From contig NC_068981.1 of the NCBI RefSeq assembly GCF_001194135.2, forward strand, positions 16,885,792-16,949,791: a stretch of 64,000 nucleotides of DNA. Direction: 5' to 3'. The stretch's first letter is position 1. Every line of letters begins with the position of its first letter. Origin of the DNA: Octopus bimaculoides. Lineage: Eukaryota. Of the stretch, positions 12,393 through 24,459 are shown piece after piece. The notes under the pieces are model-generated. The model worked only from the letters and a program-made list of their open reading frames with translations, was not told the origin of the DNA and ran no database searches. The position numbers and the translations under genes were made by a program.

Positions 12393-13095
12393 AAAAGTTT
12401 TGAGCCTAACCTAGAAACTGGGCTGCTATATAGCTGAAACAATTTTTTCTGGTCAGTACAGTTTTTCCTGAGTATTCTTGATCATTTCAATGATTCTGAT
12501 ATTTTTTATTATTTTTTGTTGTTGCAGATTTTTGAATAAACAAGTGTCGAGGAACATGGAGAAAACTGAGTATCATGCTGTCATAAAGTAACTTCATTTG
12601 AAAGGCATGACTCCATCAAAAATCCATGAAGATATGGTGAGAACCTTAACAGATAAGGCTCCTCATATCCAACAGTCAAACGTTTGGTAAATGAATTCAA
12701 GCGTGGCAGGGAGAGTGTGGAAGATGATCCCAGACCAAGGAAAACCTCCAGCTGCAACCATCAAGGACAACCTCATGTCGTCAGATACCCGAGAGATGAG
12801 CATTTCAATTGAATGAGCAGACAACATTGTGACAAAAGAATTTGAATTCTCAAAAGTTTCTCCAAGGTGGGCCCCTCGCCTTTTGACTCCTGAACAGAAA
12901 CGCACCAGGTGCACTCTGTCCACGAGCAATCAGGAACTGTTTGAAGCCGATGAAGAGAATTTTCCATTATTATGGACGAAAGTTGGGTTCATCACTACCA
13001 GCCTGAAATCAAAGAACAATCAAAGCACTGGAAGTACACCTCTTCTCCTACTCCAAAAAGGCCAGGGTCATTCTTTCAGCTGGGGCAAGTTCATG
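12389..13095 (+). mobile_element. mariner (Himar1/irritans-like) transposase pseudogene, 5' half
   Basis: ATG at 12556: MEKTEYHAVIK*LHLKGMTPSKIHEDMV..FKRGRESVEDDPR; KVSPRWAPRLLTPEQK (WVPR motif); MDESWVHHYQPEIKEQSKHW (first catalytic D). Partial TIR-like TATGAAAAGTTTTGAGCCTAACC at 12389. Confidence 0.9.
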
Positions 13096-13189
13096 TATAT
13101 ATATATACATGTATGTATGCATGTATCAAAGAAGTAAAATATGGAGATTGGGAAGTTAACAATTGTTCATTATTAACAGAAAATTGGCC

Positions 13190-13423
13190 ATCTTCGGTGA
13201 GCTGGCAGACACGTTACCCCGCCGGGCGAAATACTTAGCAGTTTTTCGTCTGCCGTTATCTTCTGAGTTCCAATTCCGCCGAGGTCGACTTTGCCTTTAA
13301 TTCCTTTCGGGTTCGATAAATTAAGTACCAGTTACGCACTGGGTCGATGTAATCAACTTATTTCCTTTGTCTGTCCTTGTTTATCCCCTCTATGTTTTGC
13401 CCCTTGTGGGCATTAAAGAAATA
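13190..13423 (+). mobile_element. SINE family B, young subfamily, with 12-bp TSD
   Basis: AGAAAATTGGCC at 13178-13189 and 13424-13435; head GGTGAGCTGGCAGA, tail TGTCTGTCCTTG..AAAGAAATA. Confidence 0.92.
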
Positions 13424-13601
13424 AGAAAATTGGCCTACTTCACTTACGGCCGTTTCTAGTAATACTCAATAAATATTAAATTTTCATTGATGCGACATGA
13501 GCATAATATCATCAGAAAAAAAAATGCACCTTTGGATGCTATATGTGTGTTTGTGAATTCATTTTAGCAGATTCTATACACACACATACACACACACACA
13601 C

Positions 13602-13636
<35 letters not shown>

Positions 13637-13736
13637 TCAAATTCCTGCAATGCGATACTTATACATATCTTAATCGAACATGTTACAGAGATAGCGTATT
13701 TCAACACTATCGTATTCTTAGCAAACCTATACACTC

Positions 13737-13880
13737 AGTAACCTAGCGGTTCGTCAAAAGTGACCGATAGAATAAGTGCTAGGCTTCCAAAGAATTAGTC
13801 CTGGGGGCGATTTGCTCGACTAAAGGCGGTGCTCCAGCATGGCGGCAGTCAATTGCCTGGAACAAGTAAAAGAGTAAAAG
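13737..13880 (+). mobile_element. SINE family A 3' half
   Basis: GCGGTTCG..GACCGATAGAATAAGT..GGCGGTGCTCCAGCATGG..AAGTAAAAGAGTAAAAGAG. Confidence 0.85.
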
Positions 13881-14554
13881 AGAGGGAGAGAGTGTGTTCT
13901 AGATTTGGTAAGCTCTATCACTCGGTGCTGATACAACTTTAATACGAGTAAGATGGTGGTAAAGTCTTCTACCTTTGCAACATTTTCATCTGTCAAGTAT
14001 GTGATCAATTAAGCTGCGTTATGTGTTGCATTGCAGCGTTTTGAGGCTTACTATTCTATTTGAAACGTACGTAACTGATAAATTATTAACAATTTTCCAT
14101 CCTTTCATGCGTTTTCTATCATAATCTGTGATTTTATATTGAATTTATACTGAATATATTCAGTATTCGAATTTCGGATTTTCGAACTTGACAGGTGGAA
14201 GAAAGTGATTTTACAACATACGTGGATTATTTTGGTATTCACTGGAGAATTTAGTTAGCCGGTTTTGATACTTACAGAGTGCTTTTAAAGTATTGTTATA
14301 TAAGTATAAAGGATGATCAGGATTTTGAAGTTTTCAAATACAAACAATAGTACCATTTCCAGGGAGCGATAAATGCTTTCGTAGAGAAAATGTAAAGAAA
14401 CTAGTGAAACAGATAAGCAACAGATCATTACGTAACCGCAGGCGGAATACAGAAAGTTGTTTAAAATATATGAAATAACGCAAAAGAATGTTAAATTGTG
14501 AAACATCACTTCGTTTGATTCAACTAAAGAACTGTGTAGGGTCTACTTCAAAAA

Positions 14555-14790
14555 TTAAGATAGATAGATAGATAGATAAATAAATACATACATACATACA
14601 TACATACATACATACATACATACATACATGGATGGATGGATGGATGGATGGATAGATGGATAGATCGATAGATCGATAGATATATAGACAGACAGACAGA
14701 TAGACAGACAGATAGAAATATAGGTAGGTAGGTAGATTGGTAGATAGATAGATTGATAGACAGACAGACAGACGGACGGACGGACAGACG

Positions 14791-14855
<65 letters not shown>
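14555..14855. repeat. compound tetranucleotide array (GATA/CATA/GGAT/GACA/GGTA/GACG)
   Basis: Directly visible. Confidence 0.95.
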
Positions 14856-14856
<1 letters not shown>

Positions 14857-14897
14857 CCGGTGATAAAATCACGCATTTAAAAATGCAGAAATAGAAG

Positions 14898-15054
14898 GAA
14901 GAAGAAGAAGAAGAAGAAGAAGAAGAAGAAGAAGAAGAAGAAGAAGAAGAAGAAGAAGAAGAAGAAGAAGAAGAAGAAGAAGAAGAAGAAGAAGAAGAAG
15001 AAGAAGAAGAAGAAGAAGAAGAAGAAGAAGAAGAAGAAGAAGAAGAAGAAGAAG
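14898..15054. repeat. perfect (GAA)n, about 52 units
   Basis: Directly visible. Confidence 0.97.
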
Positions 15055-15552
15055 CTTCACTACCATGGTGACAAGATCTGTGGAAGGAGAAAGGAATGAA
15101 AACCAGATAAGATAAGGGAATGAGAAAGAGAGCGGTGATAATCGTCGTAATCTCCCTGCAGCATGTGTCTCTTCATGAATGCATATTTTGTGAAGTATAC
15201 CCATAGGGTATCAATTAACCAGTTGAATATTGTGACGTTCATGTTTTCTGACGCAGGAATAGATTAAGCATCAGTTTGATTTTATCTTTCAGAGGGAGAT
15301 AAATAATTGTTGTTGATAGCAACAGATATATCTAGAACCTTCAACATAGCAACGTCGTCTGCATGGAAAAGAAATAGTTAAGTCAATGATTAAATCAGAA
15401 TTTCGCATGCAATGAGAGGAAGATATCTTCAATGTAAATGGTAATATTACAGTGTTTCAATTTACAAAGTCTCACTCATGTATGAGTCACACTCACCTTC
15501 AAAAGCCTCGTCAGTGGATTTGGTGGACGGAAACTAAAAGTAGCCCGTCGTG

Positions 15553-15635
<83 letters not shown>

Positions 15636-15764
15636 GTGTGTTTGTGTGTCTGTCTACATCTATGTGTATGTGTCTGTCTGTGTATCTACGTGTGTGTATG
15701 TGTGTATCTATGTTCGTGCATGTGTGTGGGTGTTTGTGTGTTTGTGTGTGTGTGTCTGTCTATG

Positions 15765-15960
15765 TGTCTGTTCTCCATCACCACTTGACAAACGGTGTTA
15801 TGCGTTTCTGTCCCCCTAACTTAGCGGTTATTCGAAAGAGACCGATAGAACAAGTACAAGGCTAAAATAAATAAGTATTGAGGCCGATTCATTCAACTGA
15901 AAGTTCTTCTAAGCCGTGCCCCAGCATGGCCGCAGTCTAATGACTGAAACAAGTAAGAAG
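15765..15960 (+). mobile_element. SINE family A 3' half
   Basis: CTTGACAA..TAACTTAGCGGT..GAGACCGATAGAA..GTGCCCCAGCATGGCCGCAGTC..GACTGAAACAAGTAA. Confidence 0.8.
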
Positions 15961-16565
15961 CAAAAGGCTATATATACGCACAAAGCGGTTGCGAATAGAA
16001 GTAGAACGATTAGTGTTGGGAAAACATCTCAAGGCATTTGTTCTGCTTTTTACGCTCTGAATTCAAACCTCGCTGAGTTCAACTTTGCTTCTGAATTTTT
16101 CTAAATTTATACCTGTATACGCACATAGTAGTATGTATGACAGTGGGTGCGAAATACACAGAGCAGTACACGTACACTCACACACACATACACATGCACA
16201 CACACACATATAAATATTTGTAATGAAGTAAGAAATGGAAGGAAGTTCAGAAGATTGCAGTCACGTGATTTTGCTTTCGATTTCATTCTGCAAACAGTTT
16301 CAGGAAGTGTAAAAGGAATGAAACTTATATTAGGCTGTCGTGGGGCTTTGTATTGGTTCGTGACATAAACTCTTGCCCTATTCAAGACAGCCGCTTGGCA
16401 TTGATTGACTACAATGACGTCCATACTTAGGTAAGAATTTTAAGCAGATATCCGATATGAGATTAGACAGTGAATCATAGCTTCCTCATCTTTTCCATAC
16501 ACCTGTGACAAAGACATTGTAAAAAGTACAGAGCAACGACTTTCCTTCTTTTACTGGTGTACAAG

Positions 16566-16597
<32 letters not shown>

Positions 16598-17199
16598 ACC
16601 ATATATATATATATATATATATANNNNNNNNNNNNNNNNNNNNNNNNNNNNNNNNNNNNNNNNNNNNNNNNNNNNNNNNNNNNNNNNNNNNNNNNNNNNN
16701 NNNNNNNNNNNNNNNNNNNNNNNNNNNNNNNNNNNNNNNNNNNNNNNNNNNNNNNNNNNNNNNNNNNNNNNNNNNNNNNNNNNNNNNNNNNNNNNNNNNN
16801 NNNNNNNNNNNNNNNNNNNNNNNNNNNNNNNNNNNNNNNNNNNNNNNNNNNNNNNNNNNNNNNNNNNNNNNNNNNNNNNNNNNNNNNNNNNNNNNNNNNN
16901 NNNNNNNNNNNNNNNNNNNNNNNNNNNNNNNNNNNNNNNNNNNNNNNNNNNNNNNNNNNNNNNNNNNNNNNNNNNNNNNNNNNNNNNNNNNNNNNNNNNN
17001 NNNNNNNNNNNNNNNNNNNNNNNNNNNNNNNNNNNNNNNNNNNNNNNNNNNNNNNNNNNNNNNNNNNNNNNNNNNNNNNNNNNNNNNNNNNNNNNNNNNN
17101 NNNNNNNNNNNNNNNNNNNNNNNNNNNNNNNNNNNNNNNNNNNNNNNNNNNNNNNNNNNNNNNNNNNNNNNNNNNNNNNNNNNNNNNNNNNNNNNNNNN

Positions 17200-17234
<35 letters not shown>

Positions 17235-18379
17235 GTACGTATGTATGTATGTATGTATATACGGAAACACGTGTATACATCGTGTATACTTTATATCTGT
17301 ATATGTTATTCTTCAAAGAAAACAGTTTCCAAAGAATATTATTGAGTGCCAAGATTAGTGAGTTGATACGAAATTGGTGATACATTATCTACTGCCACGA
17401 TCTGTCTGACAGTGATCAATAATCAAATATCGAATCATCTTTATGGTTGAATATTTCGTTCCTCGCCTCTGTATCAGGAACACCTGGCCACCAAAAATCA
17501 ATCTGATCAATGATCTTTCTGAAATCTACCTTTTTTTTTTTTGTTCTTACGCCTGCCATTTGCACCTGCGATCATGTATAATGTTAGAACTAGATCATAA
17601 GTAATTTAGCTGTTACGTCTAGAAGTTCTTCCAACAGCAATGCTGTACTTACGTTTGTTCTTCATATTTGCGTTATTTGGCTGATATTTCTAGCAAGATC
17701 GTACGATAGCTTTGGATCCAGTTAATATATCGTAAGTTTTTTGAGATTTTGAAAATCTTTCAGATCCTGTTGATTTTGTACACAGTATATTTCAGGAACG
17801 AAACACTCTACACAGCTACGATATCACGCCATGTTTATAGAACAAGGTTTGTCATCATCACCGTTGTCGCCTTAGTCGTCTTTGCCGATGCCGTCGTTAT
17901 CGTCGTCTTCGTAATCCTGCCTGCAGTCGTTCCTGTTGTTGTTGTAGCCATAGACATCATCATTGTTATTGTTGTTGGTGCAGTTTTATGTTTTTATATA
18001 TTTTAGTTCCGCCGATGTCATCATGGTCGTCATCATCGTCGTTGCTGTTGTTTTTAGTTCCTTCGACCTCGTCCTCGTTCGCATTGTTGTTGTCATTTAC
18101 TTCCACCTCTACCCTGATTGATCAGACTTATTCATCAAAGGTATCCAGCAACTCCTATCACCGTCTTCTAAGTGTATGCAGCCCTACATTATCTAATGTC
18201 CCTTTCCTTATGCCAGAAGTCATTGTATGATTTGAAGGAATGTTCGCCGCCATTTGAAACAAATCTGGCCACTATACAGAGACTCTTAACCTGGTTCATG
18301 TCAACAGTTCATAGTACACAATATGTGGGAGAGATCAGGCTGAATGCCATAATTTTCTATACTTTAGTACGAATGCTTT

Positions 18380-19030
18380 AAGGTGGCGAGATGGCAGAAT
18401 CGTTAGCACGCCGGGTGAAATGCTTAGCGGTATTTCGTCTGCCGTTACGTTCTGAGTTCAAATTCCGCCAAGGTCGACTTTGCCTTTCATCCCTTCGGGG
18501 TGGATAAGTTAAGTACCAGTTACGCACTGGGGTTGATGTAATCGAGTTAATCTCTCTGTCTGTCCTTGTTTGTCCCCTCTATGTTTAGCCCTTTGTAGGT
18601 AATAAAGAAATAAGAATCGTTAGCATGCGGGGCAAAATGCTTATCGGCATTTAGTCCGCCATTATGCTGAGGTTGACTTTGCCTTTCATCCTTTCAGAGC
18701 AATAAAATAAGCACCAGTCAAGCACTGGGGTCAATGTAATTGACTTACATTCTTTCCCGAAATGGATGGACTTGTGCTTTCGATGCGTTAGATTCTCAGT
18801 TCAAACCCTACCGATGTTAACCTTGTTTTTCATCCCTTCAAGTTCGATATCATAAATTTACAGTTGGAGGAGTAACGTAATTCTTCCTTGGAAATTGTAC
18901 CTAAATCAGAAACCATTGTTTAAGAATATTTACGTGTCGTTATATTCTGAGCTCAAATCATGCCGAGGTCTAAATTGTTTTCCATCTATATCAGAGTCGA
19001 TAAAATAAAATACCAACCAAATATTGGGAC
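18380..19030 (+). mobile_element. cluster of four SINE family B units, including a nested dimer
   Basis: Units at about 18381, 18613, 18790 and 18930; AGAATCGTTAGCA duplicated at 18396 and 18613. Confidence 0.85.
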
Positions 19031-19202
19031 GGATATTATGAACTGTCTCCTCACTCAAAACTGCTGAATTTCTACCTAGATTATTTAAGAAAATTTGGCA
19101 GCAAACTTGCAGATTAATAAGAGCACCGGAATAAAAGTGCCTTCCAAATCTCTCCAGAGTCAATTTAACATTGATCTTTCGCATTCGATTTCGATAAATT
19201 AA

Positions 19203-19365
19203 GGCGCGGTCGTGGGATGAGAGTTTTGCTTCCCAACTGCATGGTTCCGGGTTCGGTACTCCTGCGTGGCACCATAGACAAGTGTCTTGTACTATAGCCC
19301 CGGGCCGACGATAGCTCTTTGAGTGGACTTAATAAATGAAAATTGCATGGAAGATTGTCGTATAT
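19203..19365 (+). mobile_element. SINE family A 5' half
   Basis: CATGGTTCCGGGTTC..CTGCGTGGCACC..CAAGTGTCTT.TACTATAGCC.CGGGCCGAC; runs into (TA)n and a gap. Confidence 0.75.
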
Positions 19366-19632
19366 ATATANNNNNNNNNNNNNNNNNNNNNNNNNNNNNN
19401 NNNNNNNNNNNNNNNNNNNNNNNNNNNNNNNNNNNNNNNNNNNNNNNNNNNNNNNNNNNNNNNNNNNNNNNNNNNNNNNNNNNNNNNNNNNNNNNNNNNN
19501 NNNNNNNNNNNNNNNNNNNNNNNNNNNNNNNNNNNNNNNNNNNNNNNNNNNNNNNNNNNNNNNNNNNNNNNNNNNNNNNNNNNNNNNNNNNNNNNNNNNN
19601 NNNNNNNNNNNNNNNNNNNNNNNNNNNNNNNN

Positions 19633-19675
<43 letters not shown>

Positions 19676-19740
19676 CATATATATTAATAAATCTGAGGGT
19701 AGGAAAAAGATTTTTAGAAATTCCATTTGCTACCACTGGT

Positions 19741-20090
19741 AATGTAATTCTGGATACTCTGGCAAAGCCTGAATAATGTTCCCCGAGTCACTCCTAAAAC
19801 GCCCGAGTAATATAGAAGTAAATACTTCTCAAATTACTGAATAATGTAGACCTGGATACTCCTGAAACCCCTCAGCAATATTATCCTAGAGTCTAAGATA
19901 CAAGCACAAAGCTTGGTATTGTTGTGCAAGATATTGCTACACACCTCTGTGATGTTGTCCTAGGTATTCGTTAAACACCTGAATACTGTTGTCTTGGATA
20001 CTCGTACAACATTTGAATAATGTAGTTCTAGAAACTCCTGCAAAGCCTGAAAAATATTGCCCCGTATAGTCCTTTTCAAAGCCTGTACGA
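19741..20090. repeat. diverged 34-bp minisatellite, about 10 units
   Basis: Units start at 19741, 19775, 19809 and 19843; consensus roughly AATGTAGTCCTGGATACTCCTGAAAAGCCTGAAT. Confidence 0.8.
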
Positions 20091-21177
20091 TAAAAGACTG
20101 GTACGTCTTTAATCACTCGTCTGCCTGGTCATTACTGGCAACAAGAAAAACACAACTGATGGCGACGGGGACGCCAAGGATAATAGCAATTGCATAGCAA
20201 CAACAGCGGCAACAGCAGCAACTAGAACAATAGAGGTATCTTCAGAACTTTGCCATATATTTCTATAGAAGTATGAATTCCTATTTTTCAACTGTTTAAT
20301 TTCCATTCATAGCTGAGAGCTAAATTTAAATATGTATTGCAAATTATTAATATTCTAGCTATTAATTTAAATATGTATCCCACCGGCAAGTTAAGAATGA
20401 AATATAAAAATATAAAAACAAAACACTCATATCTGGTCAGCCACGAACTAATAGCAAACAATGAATTAACCTGTTTACTATGGTAACAATATAGAATTAA
20501 TTCTTCAGAAATTCTATAGGTTTAGGCGATGGTTTTTGAAGTGATCCGAAAACGTTTTCGAAAATGTATTCAATAGTAACTGTATGCTTTGATTGATTCA
20601 TCTAATGTCTCTACTTGATACTTTCAAATCATGGGTAATTCTTTGCTAATTATATAGCTTACTAAATAGCTTCTTCCTCTGTCTGCGATACACTTTCTCT
20701 GGCATCAAAATAATTACCTTCTTCAAAATGAATTCAAAATAAAATGTCCGCTTTGAAAGACCGGTCTGGTATTACTTAACCGTGTATGTTTTTCTTTACT
20801 TTTCTTTATTTTTTTATTATTATACTTTTTCTACGTGTCATTGACATTGATAATGTTGAAGTTTAATCAAATTACACTAGGAGCAGTTATTGATTTGTTC
20901 CGCTTGAGACAAGTGGAGTGAATGAATATAGACAATAACATATAACGTAAGAACCATTGTGTATTGTGTTTACTGTCTCGAAGCTCCGCCATCCAACTTC
21001 TGATCTATTGTATAATAGCCTTTGAAATTAAAACAAGCTAGCAAAGTTTTCAAAGATATATATATGCGTGTCTGTATGTATATGTGTGTGTACGTGTGTG
21101 TGCGCGCACGTGTGTGGTTTTGTGTGCATATATATGTGTGTGTGTGTGCGCGCGCGCGCGTGTGTGTGCGCGCGCGC

Positions 21178-21223
<46 letters not shown>

Positions 21224-21329
21224 ATATTTATGAATGAGTATATGTATACATACATATATACACATATATATATATANNNNNNNNNNAGATAGATAGATAG
21301 ATATTGATGTAACTGAACAAATTTATGAA

Positions 21330-21368
<39 letters not shown>

Positions 21369-22115
21369 TTGTATGTATTCATAGGACACTATTTTCAAAG
21401 TTGCTAGAGCGTTGGATAAAACGCGTTACGATGCTAGTTCCGGCTCTCTGCTATTTGCGTTCAGATTGTGTGAAAGTGAACGCTAAAATTTATCCTTTGA
21501 TATCCATAAATACATCACTAGGTCAGTGATGTTGCAATCCTGTTCCGCTATTGCTCGGATAACCTTGATGTCCCTCGGGATCACTTTATATCTTTGCGAA
21601 TATACCGGCGTCGAAAATCGTAGATGAAAACAGGTTACATATTGTTACCAAGTACATACTGTCATAGATAGATAGATAGATAGATAGATACATAGATGTA
21701 TTTTTGCGTGTTCGTTAATGTATATGCGCGTATGTATGTATATATGTGTGTGTTAATTATTATTTAATTAAAACGTAGATTCATTCATTTTCGGAATGGT
21801 GAATCGCGAACATCATAAGCTCTTGGATAGAAAAAGACTGCACTTGGAACTCGAAGCCACATCACCTGCAGGAAAGACAGGCGATTCTCTTGCAATAGAG
21901 CATAAATTCTTATGACGTCAACAATGTACAATACTCCCTGGAAGAATAGCATTTCTAAAATGGATAGAGAATTTCAAATGATTTGGTAGAACGCCTGTCA
22001 TATCTTCCAAAGACGTGCGTTCGATTCTCGCAGGCGCATTCGAAATTATGTATCCAAATTTAGCCTGAACACACACACACACACACATACGGACATACAC
22101 ACCCATACATATCTA

Positions 22116-22166
<51 letters not shown>

Positions 22167-22182
22167 CAAATAAGGAACAAAA

Positions 22183-23326
22183 ATGTCCTGGTATCAGTGC
22201 ACTACGGCCGTTTCAAACGGCTCCATTTCATCGATCAATGAAAAAATTGTATCAATTTGAAATAAACCGCTCTCATCGGACGAATACGACCGTATAGATT
22301 TCCAACATACAGGATAAATATATATTTTTTCCAAGGTTTTTAAATAAGTTTACCTGATATAGAAATATTTATTTTATTTTTTTTAGCCTTTAATCTTTGG
22401 TTTTGATTCAATAGAAAATGGGTACCCCTACTCGGATGATATCTGAATTTAATGATAGGTTCATTGTTGAATAGTCTTAGCATGAAAACCTTTGCATTAT
22501 GCTAGGAAAAGCATTATGAGGTTTCTCCTATATATAAAAGTACCCCCACTTTTATGGCTTAAGTTGATTTATCTATCCTTCTTCTCTTACTTGGTTCTTT
22601 AAATCGTTTTCTAAATTTTAATATTTTGATATGCTATGTTTGAATACATACCTTTTCCCGTACTTTTTAATCTCCACACTTAGATCTCATTGTGACTTCT
22701 TTGTTTTCCGTTCTAGGCCCCTATTATTTGATAATCATAATATGTTAAGTCACCGCTGTCTTTCCTCTTTCTGGTTATCACTTCCTCTCTATATATCATT
22801 AGCTTATCAGCAACTTCTGAGATATATTATTTTATGAAGATATGGCTGGTTTTATGGTCCCAATAAATTAGAGGTAGGGGAGGGTATCTGACATTAATTC
22901 ATTTATCACCACCAACAATAACTTTACTGTCAATTCCCATTGGATATAAATTTAAGGGGTTGTAGACCACATGCTGCATTGAAGCTTTTAAATGTGATAA
23001 GGATAAATATGAATGTAACTATATCACCATTCCTCTTTCTCGACACCCATTATTTCCTTCTGCCACTCTAGATTATAATAGGCCTTAAGTATTTTATCCC
23101 TAAATACATTCTGCCACCAAAATAGCAAAGAGAAGGAATGTAATTATTTTGGTCTCTAGTACTGATGAAAAATTTGCTACAAAATTATATTGTATCCTAT
23201 GTGTTCGAAATCTATATGGTCGTATGCATCCGAGGAGAGAGGTTTATATCAAAAAGATGTAATGTTTTGATTGATCGATTAAATGGAGCCGCTTGAAACG
23301 GCCATAACGCACTGACACCTGCACAT
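22183..23326. mobile_element. non-autonomous DNA element with about 135-bp imperfect terminal inverted repeats
   Basis: 22183-22316 is the reverse complement of 23193-23326 (GGTATCAGTGCACTACGGCCGTTTCAAACGGCTCCATTTCATCGATCAAT vs GGTGTCAGTGCGTTATGGCCGTTTCAAGCGGCTCCATTTAATCGATCAAT); the interior is AT-rich and non-coding; no TSD seen. Confidence 0.8.
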
Positions 23327-23552
23327 CCTTCTTGTCAATTATTTGCTTTTTATCTACTTAACTCTGAGCTGTGCGGAGTATACCGGACTGATTTAGTGCC
23401 TCAACTTAAGTACCTAATTCAACTGAATCCTAATTATTTCTTAACTCGTAAACTATAAATGTGTATGTGTATGTATGTATGTTTGTATGTACGTTTGTAT
23501 GTATGGATGGATGGATGGATGGATGGATGGATGGATGGATGGATGGATATAT

Positions 23553-23811
23553 AGGTGCAGGAGTGACTGTATGGTAAGTAGCTTGCTTACTAACCGCATG
23601 GTTCCGGATTCAGTCCCACTGCGGCACCTTGAGTAAGTATTTTCTACTATAACCTCGGGCCGACAAAGCCTTGTGAATTGATCCGGTAGACGGAAACTGA
23701 AAGAAGCCTGTCGTATATATATGTATGTGTATATCTGTCTTTGTTCCCTCAACATCGCTTGACAACCGATGCTGGTGTGTTTACGTCCCCGTAACTTAGC
23801 GGTTCGGCAAA
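23553..23811 (+). mobile_element. SINE family A, 3'-truncated at a TA run
   Basis: Head, core and first half of the tail match the 26203 copy. Confidence 0.9.
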
Positions 23812-23833
23812 TATATATATATATATAGAATTC

Positions 23834-24450
23834 AAGAATTTATTAAGTAGTTTGCGTGAAAAAAACTCATAAGGGAAAAATCCATCATTTATATATTTAT
23901 ATATATATTATTATAGACGCAATGTAAAACCATAAATGTACAATTTAATCGTCCTTAAAAGTGATTAAGGGTGAAAGTCTGCAACCGCATTGCTAGAAAT
24001 AAGAGTCAAAGGACTGTTAGCCACAAACAGAACACAATTCTATTTACTGGCAAGGGAGACAACCTCTAACAGCAAGCGGACCGCCTTCTCGACCAACTGA
24101 TTTCGGATAGAATTTATCCTCATCGGTGACGCCAAACCGTCGCTGATAGGTAAGCTGAGATCTATTGTCACAAAATATGGAAATTACCATAGGAATCAAT
24201 GGCTCATTCCGTAAAATGGAAATGTGAAATTTATAAAATTACTGAGTGGCTAGACGCAATCTAAAACCATAAAAGCACAATTCAATAGTCACTAAAAGTG
24301 ATTAAGGGTGTTAGTCTGCGACAATATTGGTAGAAACAAGAGTAAGACCTCTTAACCACAAACAGGGTACGATTCTATTTACTGGCAAGGGAGACAACCT
24401 CCAACAGCAAGTTAAAGTGCCAAATCGACCGGCTGATTTTGGCAGTAAAT
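23834..24450 (-). mobile_element. Penelope-like-element-type remnant: partial tandem repeat with hammerhead-like motif, ending at TA runs
   Basis: Direct repeat 23914-24106 vs 24251-24441, hammerhead-like motif at 24091-24141, module X at 23834-23888. No RT or GIY-YIG ORF seen, so the PLE assignment is an inference. Confidence 0.55.
24091..24141 (-). ncRNA. degenerate hammerhead-ribozyme-like motif
   Basis: Minus strand: CCGATGA - GGATA/aattc/TATCC - GAAA - TC/agtt/GG - TC; stem I is not closed. Confidence 0.5.
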
Positions 24451-24459
24451 AGAATAGTA

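Noticed and set aside
21780-21980. Additional old mariner remnant (VNREHHKLLDR.., RQAILLQ*)
   Set aside because: Similarity too weak to call without an HMM search.
21985-22040. tRNA gene
   Set aside because: Only A/B-box-like motifs (TGGTAGAAC, GTTCGATTC); no complete cloverleaf or acceptor stem; probably a decayed SINE head.
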